Both the position numbers and the translations under genes were made by a program. 64,000 nucleotides of DNA from Raillietiella orientalis (lineage: Eukaryota), in contig JAYWIR010000035.1 of the NCBI GenBank assembly GCA_036172245.1, positions 1,178,001 to 1,242,000 on the forward strand, given 5' to 3'. This document shows, piece after piece, positions 63,701-64,000 of the stretch. The notes below the pieces were generated by a model that was given only the letters and a program-made list of their open reading frames with translations, was not told where the DNA came from and searched no databases. How positions within the stretch are numbered: position 1 is the stretch's first letter; each line of letters starts with the position of its first letter.

Positions 63701-64000
63701 ACTCGGAAGAGAATTAAGTGCAATCAAGGATGAACTTTTTACTTGCGTCCTTGTAAGAGGAACTTCAAACAGAAGTGACCGTCTATCTGTGGAGAGGAAT
63801 GTCAACGAGCACGACCTGATCAAACGAAGTGTGCCCAGACGAAGACGAACGGAAACACAAATTTTCAGTTTTTCGAAAACACTAGACGACGTGTGATGAT
63901 AAAGCACGTGCTCCAACCAAAAATGTATCTAAATGGGAATTTAGAATTAGCGAGATAAAATCAAGAAACTGCCTAATTTATTCCGAAAGCAAAGCGGCTT

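Noticed and set aside
1..64000. CRISPR arrays, rRNA/tRNA genes, prokaryotic operons, and most of the 60-170 aa ORFs in the track
   Set aside because: No regularly spaced repeats or RNA-gene signatures were seen. The sequence is eukaryotic and the short ORFs are mostly chance or antisense frames.

Overview
Eukaryotic (metazoan, most likely arthropod-like) genomic window in two compartments. (1) About 1-49 kb and 61-64 kb hold no intact host gene I can support. They read as a graveyard of heavily decayed, frameshifted fragments with NACHT/death-domain/LRR-like motifs, plus non-LTR retrotransposon debris: a near-intact 5'-truncated L1/Tx1-like RT element at 42306-44807, a decayed relative on the minus strand at ~15.8-17.45 kb, and a NeSL/Utopia-like restriction-endonuclease tail at ~7-8.2 kb. 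(2) About 52-60 kb is an extremely compact, AT-rich housekeeping cluster: INTS2 (13 exons) -> bleomycin hydrolase (7 exons) -> <- a DUF4807-like gene. Its introns are only 34-61 nt, INTS2 and BLMH are 136 nt apart, and the two convergent stop codons are 18 nt apart. A MITE with 12-bp TIRs and an 8-bp TSD precedes the cluster. Best leads: an operon-like/polycistronic INTS2-BLMH unit, and a LINE family that ends in a conserved GC-rich structured motif after AATAAA instead of poly(A). All family assignments come from recalled motifs and manual translation; no searches were run.
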